A stretch of 50,301 nt of DNA from Candidatus Uhrbacteria bacterium. Its GTDB lineage: Bacteria > Patescibacteriota > Patescibacteriia > UBA9934 > GWF2-40-263. Both the position numbers and the translations under genes were made by a program. Under the pieces are notes generated by a model. That model was not told the DNA's origin, searched no databases, and saw only the letters and a program-made list of their open reading frames with translations. The DNA is taken from the NCBI GenBank assembly GCA_018700535.1, contig JABITQ010000043.1:1-50301 (forward strand), read 5' to 3'. Below are positions 33,398 to 45,723 of this stretch, one piece after another (the stretch's first letter is position 1; every line of letters starts with the position of its first letter).

Positions 33398-34219
33398 ATG
33401 AGCAACATCAACCTGTCGATTCTGGCCTTTCTGGCCATGGCCTGCAACCCCATTTCCATCGCCGATGGTCCCAAAAAGACCCTGGCGAATCAGGATGCGG
33501 ATGCGGACGCCGATGCGGACGCTGACGCTGATGCCGACGCGGACGCGGATTCCGACACCGACACCGACTCCGACACCGACACGGACACCGATGCCGACGC
33601 CGACGCTGATGCGGACGCCGACGCGGACGTGGACCCCGTGGACGATGATGGCGACGGTTACGATGCTGATCCCGACGTCGATCCCGAGTACGACTGCGAT
33701 GACACCGATCCGGATGTCAATCCGGGCGCCGACGAGGTCTGCAACGACATCGACGACGACTGTGACGGCGAGGTCGACGAGGGAGACGTTTGCGAGGATG
33801 AAGATCCGTGGAGTGACTACGTCGTTGCCAGTGGCAACAGCGTGTGTTTCTCTACCAGCGGCATGCGTTCGACCTACCAGTCGGCTGATGCCTACTTCGT
33901 CAGCAATGACATCACTTGGGCCGCGGAAAGCGACTATCGTGTCGATGCGGTCGATGGGTACTACTGTGTCTCCACCTCAGGGTGGGATCACGATGTGTAC
34001 GACGGGACGCTCATCAGCGCCGTCTCCAGCTCCGGCGGGACCACCTCCAGCATGGGTGACACTGCCGACTGGTGGGACAATCTGGACTTTTGCGAGAGCG
34101 AGAGCCCTGCTGCCGATGACTGGTGCACCATTACGGGTACCAGTGGGGGGTGGAACAACTACCTGATCCAGTTCGTTGTCACCAGCGATGGTGTTCAGGC
34201 GGCCGGTGACCTCGAGTAG
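33398..34219 (+). CDS. probable lipoprotein: D-X dipeptide tract, one MopE-type metal-binding repeat, C-terminal domain of unknown fold
   Basis: LAFLAMAC lipobox-like N-terminus. (DA)9-(DS/DT)7-(DA)6. DGDGYD...CDDTDPDVNPGADEVCNDIDDDCDGEVDE. Confidence 0.75.
   Translation: MSNINLSILAFLAMACNPISIADGPKKTLANQDADADADADADADADADADSDTDTDSDTDTDTDADADADADADADVDPVDDDGDGYDADPDVDPEYDCDDTDPDVNPGADEVCNDIDDDCDGEVDEGDVCEDEDPWSDYVVASGNSVCFSTSGMRSTYQSADAYFVSNDITWAAESDYRVDAVDGYYCVSTSGWDHDVYDGTLISAVSSSGGTTSSMGDTADWWDNLDFCESESPAADDWCTITGTSGGWNNYLIQFVVTSDGVQAAGDLE
33494..33631 (+). repeat. in-frame hexanucleotide (GAY-NCN) tract encoding 23 consecutive Asp-X dipeptides
   Basis: GATGCG GATGCG GACGCC ... GACACC ... 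GACGCG GACGTG; imperfect at the DNA level. Confidence 0.9.
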
Positions 34220-34349
34220 GCTCGGCTAGCGAAAAAGCGTCTCCATTTATGGAGAGTGTCACACGTTGTAGCCATTGGTTTCCTTTGGCTGACTTAATTG
34301 GGTTCTACTTCTGCGCCTTCATTGGTGTTGTGAGTTGCTACTTCGTGTG

Positions 34350-34384
34350 GCGTCTCTCATCATCGATGGGGGCGCTTTTTTTTT
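34350..34384 (+). terminator. intrinsic terminator of 33398-34219
   Basis: gcgtctc/gggggcgc stem (two G.U pairs) followed by T9. Confidence 0.55.
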
Positions 34385-34508
34385 AAATACCCATCAAAAT
34401 GGCGATCTACTTGCCCTTCACTAAAAAAATGATTCATCGACCTGCGGGGTCGACTCATCAATTTTTTGGCTCCAGGGCGGCGTATCTCATCCATTTTGAT
34501 GAGTATTT
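34385..34508. repeat. copy B of the ~122-nt rod-shaped structured element (inverted relative to copy A)
   Basis: P1 34385-402/34491-508, P2 gccct/agggc, P3 34421-42/34448-69. Junctions ggcgtatctcat, ctcc and cgatctactt match copy A 12/12, 4/4 and 9/10. Confidence 0.75.
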
Positions 34509-34557
34509 AATCGCAGGAGATTTTGGCTAATCTTGGGGGAAATACTGTCCAAAACTA

Positions 34558-34586
34558 TTGACAAAAGTGCTGAAATGTGCTATATT
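34558..34586 (+). promoter_or_regulatory. promoter TTGACA-N17-TATATT
   Basis: TTGACAaaagtgctgaaatgtgcTATATT. ~300-nt hairpin-rich leader. Confidence 0.6.
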
Positions 34587-34894
34587 TGTCACACGATGTA
34601 GAGATGGGTGGTTTAAGAGAGCCAGTTGTTTCTTTCAAAAATAGACTTTTATTAGTCTTTTATAATGGGGATGAGAGTCTGCTTGGTTTTTACTGGCAGT
34701 ATTTGGCGCATCCTTGAAGAGGATGTGTTTTTGTCAGGTGAGTTCTGACAAAGGATTAGTTGTTGATTCTTTGTCGAAGCGCATCTGCGCTGAAAGATAC
34801 CCCTCCGGGGGTTCGGTGACCGATCAGGCAGTCTGCGATTTGGCGTGGATTTGTTTGGAAGGTTATGACTGGTCCCGGAAGGGAAGGAGTACAA

Positions 34895-36481
34895 GTGAAT
34901 AACAAATTCCTGGCAGCATTGCTGCTGGTTGGTATCGGTGCCTGCAACGGCCCGATGACGGCCTTGATGGGTGGTGGTGGAAACGGCAGTCGCAATGGCG
35001 GCGTCGAAGACACTGCTGGCTCTGAGGACACTGCGGGCGATGAGCTCGATACCGGTGCCGAGGAAGAGGTTGAAGAGGAAGAAGAGATTGTCGAAGACAC
35101 CGATGGCGAAATCAGCACTGGTGATGACGAGCCTGCGCGTGAGGACTACGACGGTGACGGCTTCGTTGGCGACAACGATTGTGACGAAACCGATCCGGAG
35201 ATCCATGCGTACGCCGAGGAAATCTGCGGCGACGATATCGACAACAACTGCAATGGCGAGATCGACGAAGTCCTCACTGTGTCCTACCAGGATGCGGACC
35301 AAGACGGCTACGGCGATCCGAATGCAATGGTGGCTGCCTGTGACGTGCCTTCGGGTTATGTCACGGACGACACTGATTGCGATGACCATGATGACGACGT
35401 CTACCCCGGTGCGGACGAGCGTGAGGACGGCGACGACAACGACTGTGACGGCGAGATCGACGAGGGATTCGGTGGCGACACCGATGACACCGGCGGTTAC
35501 GACGACACAGGCGATGGCGGCGACGACACTGGCGGCTCGGACGACGGTGGTGATGACACGGGAGGCTCGGGCACCGGCGCCGACGCTGGTGATACGGGCG
35601 ACTGGGACACCGGCGGTTCGGACACCGGAGACGTGGGGGATTCTGGAGACTCGGGTGATACCGGGGACACGGGAGACACTGCTGACACGGGGGATTCCGG
35701 CAGCTGGGACACTGGTGGCGACACCGGAACGGTCGACATTGGTGCCGATGGCATCGACAACGACGGTGACGGATACGTCGACGGCGACGACTGCGATGGT
35801 GATGAGGGGACTTCGTCTCCCTCCACCTACTACGCGGACGTCGACGGCGACACCTACGGAGACTTGTCTGACAGTCAGGACGCCTGCCTGCAGCCTACCG
35901 GCTACGTGGCAGACGACACCGACTGTGATGACGACGACTCGGCGGTGAACCCCAGTGCGAGTGAGATTGAGGACGGCATCGACAATGACTGCGACGGCTC
36001 CGTTTCGGAGCTGGCGTACTGGTCGGATACGACCGGTGATGGCAACGTCAACGCCATGTGTCTGAACTCGTCGATGTTCGGCGACGCGAGCTACTCGTAT
36101 GAGGGTGCTCTCGTGGTCGGCTACGACCTGTTCGATTGGTCGACCGACACCGGTCTGGTCGAGGATGGGGGAGACCTCGTCATGGTGGAAACCAATGGCT
36201 TCCACTGCCTCGACTTCTCAACTCTGAGCTCTGACACCAACGTGCTGTTCACCATGATCAGCGCCGTGGAGTCAGATGGTACGACCTCCGTGTCGTCCAG
36301 CTCATCGAGTTCCTCCATCATCTGGCATGTGCTGGGTGATCCGTGCAACAACGCGGTGGAGGGCGAAGTTCTCTATGAGGTCTGTGCAGCTCAGACGAGC
36401 AGTACGTTCCTCCTCGAGGTCGATTGGAATGCCGTTCTCGGCCTTCTCACCGCCTCTGGCGACAACGCGCCAATCAGCTGA
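34895..36481 (+). CDS. probable lipoprotein with multiple MopE-type Cys/Asp repeats and a (D/G/T/S)-rich tract
   Basis: GTG 34895 with GGAAGGAG 6 nt upstream. LLLVGIGAC lipobox. Repeats of DxDGDGYG...C..P.GYV.D..DCDD.D..V.PGA.E..DG.DNDCDG.IDE. DTGDSGDTGDTGDT tract. Confidence 0.8.
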   Translation: MNNKFLAALLLVGIGACNGPMTALMGGGGNGSRNGGVEDTAGSEDTAGDELDTGAEEEVEEEEEIVEDTDGEISTGDDEPAREDYDGDGFVGDNDCDETDPEIHAYAEEICGDDIDNNCNGEIDEVLTVSYQDADQDGYGDPNAMVAACDVPSGYVTDDTDCDDHDDDVYPGADEREDGDDNDCDGEIDEGFGGDTDDTGGYDDTGDGGDDTGGSDDGGDDTGGSGTGADAGDTGDWDTGGSDTGDVGDSGDSGDTGDTGDTADTGDSGSWDTGGDTGTVDIGADGIDNDGDGYVDGDDCDGDEGTSSPSTYYADVDGDTYGDLSDSQDACLQPTGYVADDTDCDDDDSAVNPSASEIEDGIDNDCDGSVSELAYWSDTTGDGNVNAMCLNSSMFGDASYSYEGALVVGYDLFDWSTDTGLVEDGGDLVMVETNGFHCLDFSTLSSDTNVLFTMISAVESDGTTSVSSSSSSSSIIWHVLGDPCNNAVEGEVLYEVCAAQTSSTFLLEVDWNAVLGLLTASGDNAPIS

Positions 36482-36493
36482 CAACTGATTCTG

Positions 36494-36555
36494 AGACCCG
36501 GTTCCCGATTGACTTGCATACGTGCATATCATGAAGGGACCGGGTCTTATTTGTT
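36494..36555 (+). terminator. intrinsic terminator
   Basis: agacccggttccc / gggaccgggtct stem followed by TTATTTGTT. Confidence 0.65.
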
Positions 36556-36629
36556 ACCTATCATCAACAAATGTCGGTTTTGCCTATATTTAGGCTATTT
36601 TTATAACAGCGAATATCCAGGGTTTACCA

Positions 36630-36658
36630 TTGACAGAACCGGCTATAAATGGTATAAA
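36630..36658 (+). promoter_or_regulatory. promoter TTGACA-N17-TATAAA
   Basis: TTGACAgaaccggctataaatggTATAAA. ~150-nt leader with AAGGAGAG SD. Confidence 0.6.
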
Positions 36659-36816
36659 TTCGGGTCAAATTAGCTCAAAATGATTCATGAAGACTTTTGA
36701 TTTCAGTCCTTTCTGAGGGTTGAAACCAGGAGAGTTCAGACAACAAGCCCTCTCATAGCGGTCCTGGACGCTGTGAACATGAGGGTAAATTCCCCAGTGA
36801 AGCAAGGAGAGAACCG

Positions 36817-40167
<3,351 letters not shown>

Positions 40168-40194
40168 TCTCCAGAAAGATCTAGATGCCAACGG

Positions 40195-40250
40195 GCGGTC
40201 ACGTTTCCATTTTGCGAAAGCAGGATGAGAACGTGGCCGCTTTTTCTTTT
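40195..40250 (+). terminator. intrinsic terminator
   Basis: gcggtcacgtt / aacgtggccgc stem (one G.U, large loop) followed by TTTTTCTTTT. Confidence 0.6.
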
Positions 40251-40297
40251 CTTGCGTACTTACTACACGCTATACGCCCCCCTAACCCCTCCTCCTG

Positions 40298-40306
40298 TGT
40301 TACAAT
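40298..40306 (+). promoter_or_regulatory. extended -10 promoter (TGtTACAAT) 9 nt before ATG 40316 (leaderless candidate)
   Basis: TGTTACAAT-tagatcact-ATG. No SD possible. Confidence 0.45.
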
Positions 40307-40315
40307 TAGATCACT

Positions 40316-41845
40316 ATGATCAACCTACGCGCGGTGTATACACGCGCCGAGGAACACACTAAACTTGCTGTTGGAGGACTGTTTGCTGTTCTCGTTCTTT
40401 TAGTTGTTCTTCAGTCAGTCTTTTCTCCCACCCTCGTTTTGTCGGGGGTGATTGTTTTTGGGGTGATTGTATTAACGATTGCGCGTCCGCACATCGCTCT
40501 TGGCTTGCTTGCGGTGTATCTGCCATTCGAGTCGATCGTTCTTAAATTCACTCCAGACGAGGTGTATATTTTTGTGCGCTACTTTGCAGAGAGTCTTATT
40601 TATCTCGTTGCGCTTGTCACAATTTCACGATTACTTTCTGGCAAACTTAAACACAAAGTAACAACAGTTGATCTTCCGTTCCTTCTTTTTGTCATTACGC
40701 TGGTGGCTTCTGTTCTGATCAATCTCGTTGCGCCAACAACAGCACTTCTCGGCATTCGCCAAATATTGAGGTTCATGATCGTCTTCTTTTTAGTCGTAGA
40801 TCTTGCGCCATCCAGACAGTTCATCAAGCAGCTCACAATCGTCATGTTCGGTATCGTGCTACTCCAATCTGTTATCGGAATCCTTCAGTCAGTCATTGGA
40901 GAGCCTCTCGATGTCCTCTTGTTACCATCGGACGCACGTACACTCGGCGACATCACACTCACGTCAGGTGTCCAGCAGTTTTGGGATCCCGGCTCGCGCG
41001 TGTTTGCAACCCTCGGGCGCTACGATAGGCTCGGTAACTTTCTCTACTTCTTTTTGTTGATGGGGGTAGGTTTGCTTTTCACAAAACGATACGTGACTGA
41101 CAGACGTCTCCTGTGGTTGTTTGCTCTTGGTCTTCCAACACTCATTCTCACATACTCACGCGCATCATGGTTTGCGTTCCTGCTTGGGTTCTTGTTTATC
41201 GGTGTGATGATCAAGCGCGATAAGCGTGTTTTGGCTGGTTTGGCGATCTTTGTCATTCTAGTCACAGGTTTTGTCGGAGCATCGAACTTAAACGTTTCTC
41301 AGATCACTGAGGGGCCCGGTCAGACGCTCTCAGAGCGCTTTTATGAGTCTTTTAGCTATGCAAGGTGGCGTGGAGAATACTATGGCTTAGGGCGCGTTTT
41401 CTGGTTTATTCACACACCAGTCGATGTCGTTGCCGCCTCGCCAATCTTTGGTTTTGGTCCCGGTCAGTTTGGAGGAGGTGTCGCAGCTGCTATGCACAAC
41501 ACAGAAGTGTATGAAAACCTCGGGCTGCCATTTGGAGTGTTTGGCACAGAGGGATTCATCGACAACAATTGGTTCTCACTCTGGGGTGAAACCGGAACAC
41601 TCGGCATGGTCTTTTATATCTGGATGCTACTCGGAATCTTTTTCATGAGTCTTAAAACCGCGAGGGAAGCAAAGGATCCATTCACACGCGCAATGGCGCT
41701 CGGTTTATGCGCGGCGATTATTGGTGTTTCATTTAACGCCTTTACCTCGACTGTGCTCGAGATTCGTTCAATCGCATTTTATCTCTGGCTCTACGCAGGG
41801 TTTGTTTATGTGCTTGCAAGAGAGGATGTCGCCAAGCTTGTATGA
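40316..41845 (+). CDS. O-antigen ligase / polymerase-like (Wzy_C) polytopic membrane protein
   Basis: ~12 TM segments. Central loop TYSRASWFAFLLGFLF is typical of the O-antigen ligase family. Confidence 0.75.
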   Translation: MINLRAVYTRAEEHTKLAVGGLFAVLVLLVVLQSVFSPTLVLSGVIVFGVIVLTIARPHIALGLLAVYLPFESIVLKFTPDEVYIFVRYFAESLIYLVALVTISRLLSGKLKHKVTTVDLPFLLFVITLVASVLINLVAPTTALLGIRQILRFMIVFFLVVDLAPSRQFIKQLTIVMFGIVLLQSVIGILQSVIGEPLDVLLLPSDARTLGDITLTSGVQQFWDPGSRVFATLGRYDRLGNFLYFFLLMGVGLLFTKRYVTDRRLLWLFALGLPTLILTYSRASWFAFLLGFLFIGVMIKRDKRVLAGLAIFVILVTGFVGASNLNVSQITEGPGQTLSERFYESFSYARWRGEYYGLGRVFWFIHTPVDVVAASPIFGFGPGQFGGGVAAAMHNTEVYENLGLPFGVFGTEGFIDNNWFSLWGETGTLGMVFYIWMLLGIFFMSLKTAREAKDPFTRAMALGLCAAIIGVSFNAFTSTVLEIRSIAFYLWLYAGFVYVLAREDVAKLV

Positions 41846-43056
41846 AGATAATCCAAGCGCACAAGTTTTACTTTATGAAAGGTGGCGCCGAGCGCTACAT
41901 GTTGGACGTTTCAAAACATCTTGATGAACAAGGCAACCAGGTGATTCCATTTGCCATGGAGCACTCTCAAAATTTAGAAACAGAGTTTAGTAGATTTTTT
42001 CCATCGTTTGTAAATACAGCAAAGGTCCAAGTGGGTTTTCAAGCATTGCGTACATTCGGTCGCATGATCTACTCCAAAGAAGCTGCGCGCAAAATGTCTT
42101 CCCTTATTCGTTATAGTCGCCCAGACATCGCGCACATCCACAGTCTCTACAGCCAAATCTCCCCCTCAATTTTAAAGTCCTTAAAAAAGGCACACGTCCC
42201 GATCGTCATGACCGTTCATGATCATCACTTAGTTTCACCTCAATACAATGTCTGGGCGCACGGATGCGGACCCGACCTCCGTTACGCAGGTTTCTTGCGC
42301 GCAACACTCTCGCGTTTTCACAAAAATTCTTTTCTCGCGAGCTTTGCGCAGTCGTTCACATTTTCTTTGCACGGTGCATTTAATTTGTATCGCAAAAACG
42401 TCGATCTTTTTATTACCCCATCCAACTACATGAAGCGGCAGTTGGTAAAGGGGGGATTTGATGAACGAAAGATTCGAGTCATTCATTATGGAATTGATCC
42501 AAGTGGCATTGAGCCAAACTACGCGCACAGAGGCTACTTTTTGTTTGTTGGGCGCTTAAGCGAAGAGAAGGGGGTAGAGACGGTTGTACGTCTCGCGCGA
42601 CTGTTGCCAGAGATTCAATTTAAAATCGTCGGCACCGGACCACAAAGCGAATGGTTACACAGGCTCGGTCACGGTTTGGATAACCTCGAGTTCCTCGGGT
42701 TCCGAACAGGTGATGAGCTTTCAGAGCTCTATCGAGATGCGATTGGCTTATTGCTCCCATCCTGCGTGCACGAGAATTTCCCTCTCGTCACACTAGAGTC
42801 TATGGCCGCCGGAACACCCGTGATTGCTAGTAAAGTCGGCGGAATCCCCGAGATTGTTGAGGATCGCGTTAACGGCTTCCTAGTAGACCCTGTAGACCTA
42901 CCAGCCTGGACAGAGGCGGTTTTGCGCCTGTACCATGACGACAACCTTCAAGGTCGTCTTTCTGAACAAGCAAGAGAGACAGTAAAGAAGCGTTTTTCAC
43001 TTGATAAGCATTGGAGGGAATTGGGGAATGCGTATCAATCTATAATGAATCATTAA
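41842..43056 (+). CDS. glycosyltransferase family 4 (GT-B)
   Basis: ATGA overlap with the upstream gene. GRLSEEKGVE...ESMAAGTPVIASKVGGIPEIVEDRVNGFLV (E-x7-E region). Confidence 0.9.
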   Translation: MKIIQAHKFYFMKGGAERYMLDVSKHLDEQGNQVIPFAMEHSQNLETEFSRFFPSFVNTAKVQVGFQALRTFGRMIYSKEAARKMSSLIRYSRPDIAHIHSLYSQISPSILKSLKKAHVPIVMTVHDHHLVSPQYNVWAHGCGPDLRYAGFLRATLSRFHKNSFLASFAQSFTFSLHGAFNLYRKNVDLFITPSNYMKRQLVKGGFDERKIRVIHYGIDPSGIEPNYAHRGYFLFVGRLSEEKGVETVVRLARLLPEIQFKIVGTGPQSEWLHRLGHGLDNLEFLGFRTGDELSELYRDAIGLLLPSCVHENFPLVTLESMAAGTPVIASKVGGIPEIVEDRVNGFLVDPVDLPAWTEAVLRLYHDDNLQGRLSEQARETVKKRFSLDKHWRELGNAYQSIMNH

Positions 43057-43066
43057 GAAAACATTT

Positions 43067-43432
43067 ATGGGAGATCCTTTTAAAGGACCAGCTGGAGAAA
43101 GGCGTGCTTTTAGAGTAAGTCCAGAGCGTCGTGCAGCGAATATTCAAAGAAGTAAAGAGGCTGCAGATGCGCGAGCAGAGACGGTTGCAGATCCAGTTGA
43201 AGTAGTATCTACACCAGAGCCAGTGGATGCAGCAAGTGTAGAGGTGGCTCGTAAAAAAGCGAGCGAGATGGCTGGCGGTGACACGATTGCATTCCGTCCA
43301 GAGGAAGGGTTAGAAAGTGCTCAACCCGTTTCAGAGTTGGGTACGCAAGCGCAGGAAGTTACTGAAGAGGTTCCAGCACCTGTACAGAAGGGGTTGTTAA
43401 AAAGACTCGCAGGATTTTTTACTGGAAGATAA
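43067..43432 (+). CDS. small charged protein with C-terminal amphipathic helix (paralog of 43467-43685)
   Basis: MGDPFKGPAGERRAFRVS...RRAANIQRS ... KGLLKRLAGFFTGR. Confidence 0.55.
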   Translation: MGDPFKGPAGERRAFRVSPERRAANIQRSKEAADARAETVADPVEVVSTPEPVDAASVEVARKKASEMAGGDTIAFRPEEGLESAQPVSELGTQAQEVTEEVPAPVQKGLLKRLAGFFTGR

Positions 43433-43466
43433 AGGGGTGATAACAATGAATCGTTAGAGAATCATT

Positions 43467-43685
43467 ATGGGAAAACAATTTTATGGACCGCGGGGAGGGA
43501 AGGGTCTACCTAAAGTGAGTTCAAATTTTCGTGCAGAGAACATGAGAAGGAATCTGCAACGTAGAGCTTCAAAAAAAGCAAATTTAGCAGAGTCTCCAAC
43601 AGCTCGAGCTGAAGACGTTTCAGTATCTGCACCAAAGAGTCTCTTACAAAGAATTGCAAGTCTTTTTACCAGGAAAAGCAAGTAA
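43467..43685 (+). CDS. small basic protein with C-terminal amphipathic helix (paralog of 43067-43432)
   Basis: MGKQFYGPRGGKGLPKVS...FRAENMRRN ... KSLLQRIASLFTRKSK. Same cattATGGGA start context as the paralog. Confidence 0.55.
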   Translation: MGKQFYGPRGGKGLPKVSSNFRAENMRRNLQRRASKKANLAESPTARAEDVSVSAPKSLLQRIASLFTRKSK

Positions 43686-43718
43686 TAATCGGGTATCTGA
43701 AAAGATGTCTGATAGATA

Positions 43719-43746
43719 AAAACTCTCACAAATGTGAGAGTTTTTT
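43719..43746 (+). terminator. intrinsic terminator
   Basis: ctctcac/gtgagag stem, aaat loop, then T6. Confidence 0.8.
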
Positions 43747-43852
43747 AAATTCGATTATTGTGTAAAACCCGGTTTCCGTTTTTACATATCATCTTGAGCA
43801 AATCGATTTCTTATGCTAGCTTCAAATTAAGCTCTTTTACAAAGGATTTCTC

Positions 43853-45137
43853 ATGAATATCGCATTCGTGTTCCCAGAAGTTTACGATGTGGCCCGCTAT
43901 GGCAAGAGGCGTAAAGAGTTTCCGCCATTTGGTGTGCTCTATCTTGCAACCATTGTGAGTCAACAAAAAGGCATGAACGTTCAGGTGTTCAGTGTTGAGT
44001 CCAAGGACACAGCACTAGACCTTACAACCTTTGATGTCGTGGCTTTCTGCATACCTTCATCTGTTACGTATCATGTGATAGAGGGGGTGCGTTACAATAG
44101 CACTTACATGGATGGCGCATTGCTTATTGCCGGAGGAGTTCACGTAAACTTCTTTCCTGCAATCACGTTGCGGGACCTGGCTGTCCATGCTGTTGGTGTC
44201 GGAAATTCAGACGAAACAATCCTCGAGCTTATCGCGCAAAAAGACACGCGACAATTTCAGGATATCAAGGGTATTTGCTTCGATGACAAGGGGCGCGCGG
44301 TGCGTACACCAAATCGTCCTCTGAAGAGCAGTCTCGATCATTTGCCAGCGATTCCAAACAGATCATTGCTACCTGATCAAGACATTGTATCCAGGCGGCT
44401 TGCAGGCACAGACCTGAAGATGGTTCATGTCATGTTTAGCCAAGGGTGCCCCTTCGTTTGCAACTTCTGCGCAGCTGCGCAGAGAAAGCTGCTCTATCGA
44501 TCCGGAGCGCACATTGTGCGTGAGCTGGAGCACCTAGCGTGTTTATGGGATCGAAGGATTCGCTGTGGTGGGAGATAACTTTCTTGTGAACAAAAAGAAA
44601 GTTCGCGAAATCTCGAGAGCCATTGCACCGCTTGATCTAAAGTGGTCAACGCTTTCACGCACCGACACTGTGGATCGTGAAAGCATCGAGTGTATGCGCG
44701 ACGCAGGGTGCATTGAAATCAAATTCGGAATCGAATCTGGATCAGAACGCATTCTCCACGCTATGGGTAAGAGGACAACCAGGGCAGAGATTGTCAGGGC
44801 TGTGCAAATGACGCATGACATTGGTGTGGGGGTCAAAGCGTTCATCATCCACGGATACCCGGGTGAAAACCTCGAGTCAACGCGCGAAACAATCGCACTG
44901 CTCAGAGAGTTGAGTGGCATGATCTCAAGGATCACTCTCTTCCGCTTTGTGCCGCTTCCAGGAAGTCCTGTATTCGAGACGCATGGAAACCTTCTTCGAT
45001 CGATGGGTGATGATTGGAAAAAAAGTCATATTCATCACAACCCACACCATTGGTGGGGAACAGAAGCTGACTTTGCTGAAGTTCAGGCGGGTTACGAAGA
45101 ACTACGCGCTTTCATTGACCAAAGATGGGGTCTCTAA
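43853..45137 (+). pseudogene. B12-binding-domain radical SAM enzyme, reading frame broken once (~44535-44541)
   Basis: N-terminal B12-like domain; GCPFVCNFC (CxxxCxxC). Frame A ends ELEHLACLWDRRIRCGGR*, while frame +1 continues RVYGIEGFAVVGDNFLVN...FGIESGSERIL, as expected for the family. Confidence 0.75.
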
Positions 45138-45158
45138 GACCACTCGTTGGTCTTTTTT
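45136..45158 (+). terminator. intrinsic terminator overlapping the stop codon
   Basis: aagacca/tggtctt stem followed by TTTTAA. Confidence 0.65.
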
Positions 45159-45564
45159 AATTCTCCCACGGTACGAGCCACCCTAGATCTTGCCAGTGTT
45201 GCAACTCCTCTCGATACGGCAGCTCATCTGGGAAAGGATTCAAGTGACAAACTTTAATAGGATTGTCTTGTCTAGATGTTCTGTTTAATCCAATGGCAAA
45301 AGCAATCTCAGCAAACACTGCCGCTCCGATGTATCCATCAATGCCCTTTTTTTGAAGATTCAAAATAAACACAACATCAGAGTCGGTCATCTTTTGATAA
45401 TGCTCTGAAAACTCAATTTTATAATTTGGCAAAAACTCCCCCTCAAACTCCTTTGGATATTGAATAACCTCGTACCCACCCTCTGCAAGCTTTGTCCTCC
45501 AAATACCAATTTCTTTTGAGAACGCCATGCTGGCACAAATGGTGAGTTTTTTCTTCTGCGTCAT
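45157..45564 (-). CDS. nucleoside 2-deoxyribosyltransferase-like superfamily protein (tentative)
   Basis: KLTICASMAF...DSDVVFILNLQKKGIDGYIGAAVFAEIAFAIGLN resembles the Rossmann-like NDT/YtoQ pattern. Confidence 0.4.
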   Translation of the reverse strand: MTQKKKLTICASMAFSKEIGIWRTKLAEGGYEVIQYPKEFEGEFLPNYKIEFSEHYQKMTDSDVVFILNLQKKGIDGYIGAAVFAEIAFAIGLNRTSRQDNPIKVCHLNPFPDELPYREELQHWQDLGWLVPWEN

Positions 45565-45632
45565 AGTATTTGTTTAGATATTGAGAAGATCTCAAGTATA
45601 CACTTAATCACATGACGTTATCTAAAAAACAA

Positions 45633-45684
45633 TACTGTAGGGAACCCAAGACCCTACATGTAGGGTCTTGGGTTCCCTACAGTA
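45633..45684. repeat. 52-nt perfect palindrome, probable terminator of the GT4 gene
   Basis: tactgtagggaacccaagaccctaca|tgtagggtcttgggttccctacagta, flanked by an A6 run and GAAAAAA. Confidence 0.9.
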
Positions 45685-45723
45685 GAAAAAATCAAACATA
45701 AAACCAGGCATTCAAGCCCGGTT

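Noticed and set aside
33494-33631. Short-period DNA repeat that might be taken for a CRISPR-like or noncoding tandem array
   Set aside because: The period is 6 nt with no spacers, it is in frame within a CDS, and it encodes Asp-X dipeptides.
34652-36205. 517-aa minus-strand ORF and 325-aa alternative plus-frame ORF (34971-35948) over the 34895-36481 gene
   Set aside because: Same compositional artefact. The minus ORF would run through the plus-strand promoter and leader, and neither shows any domain.
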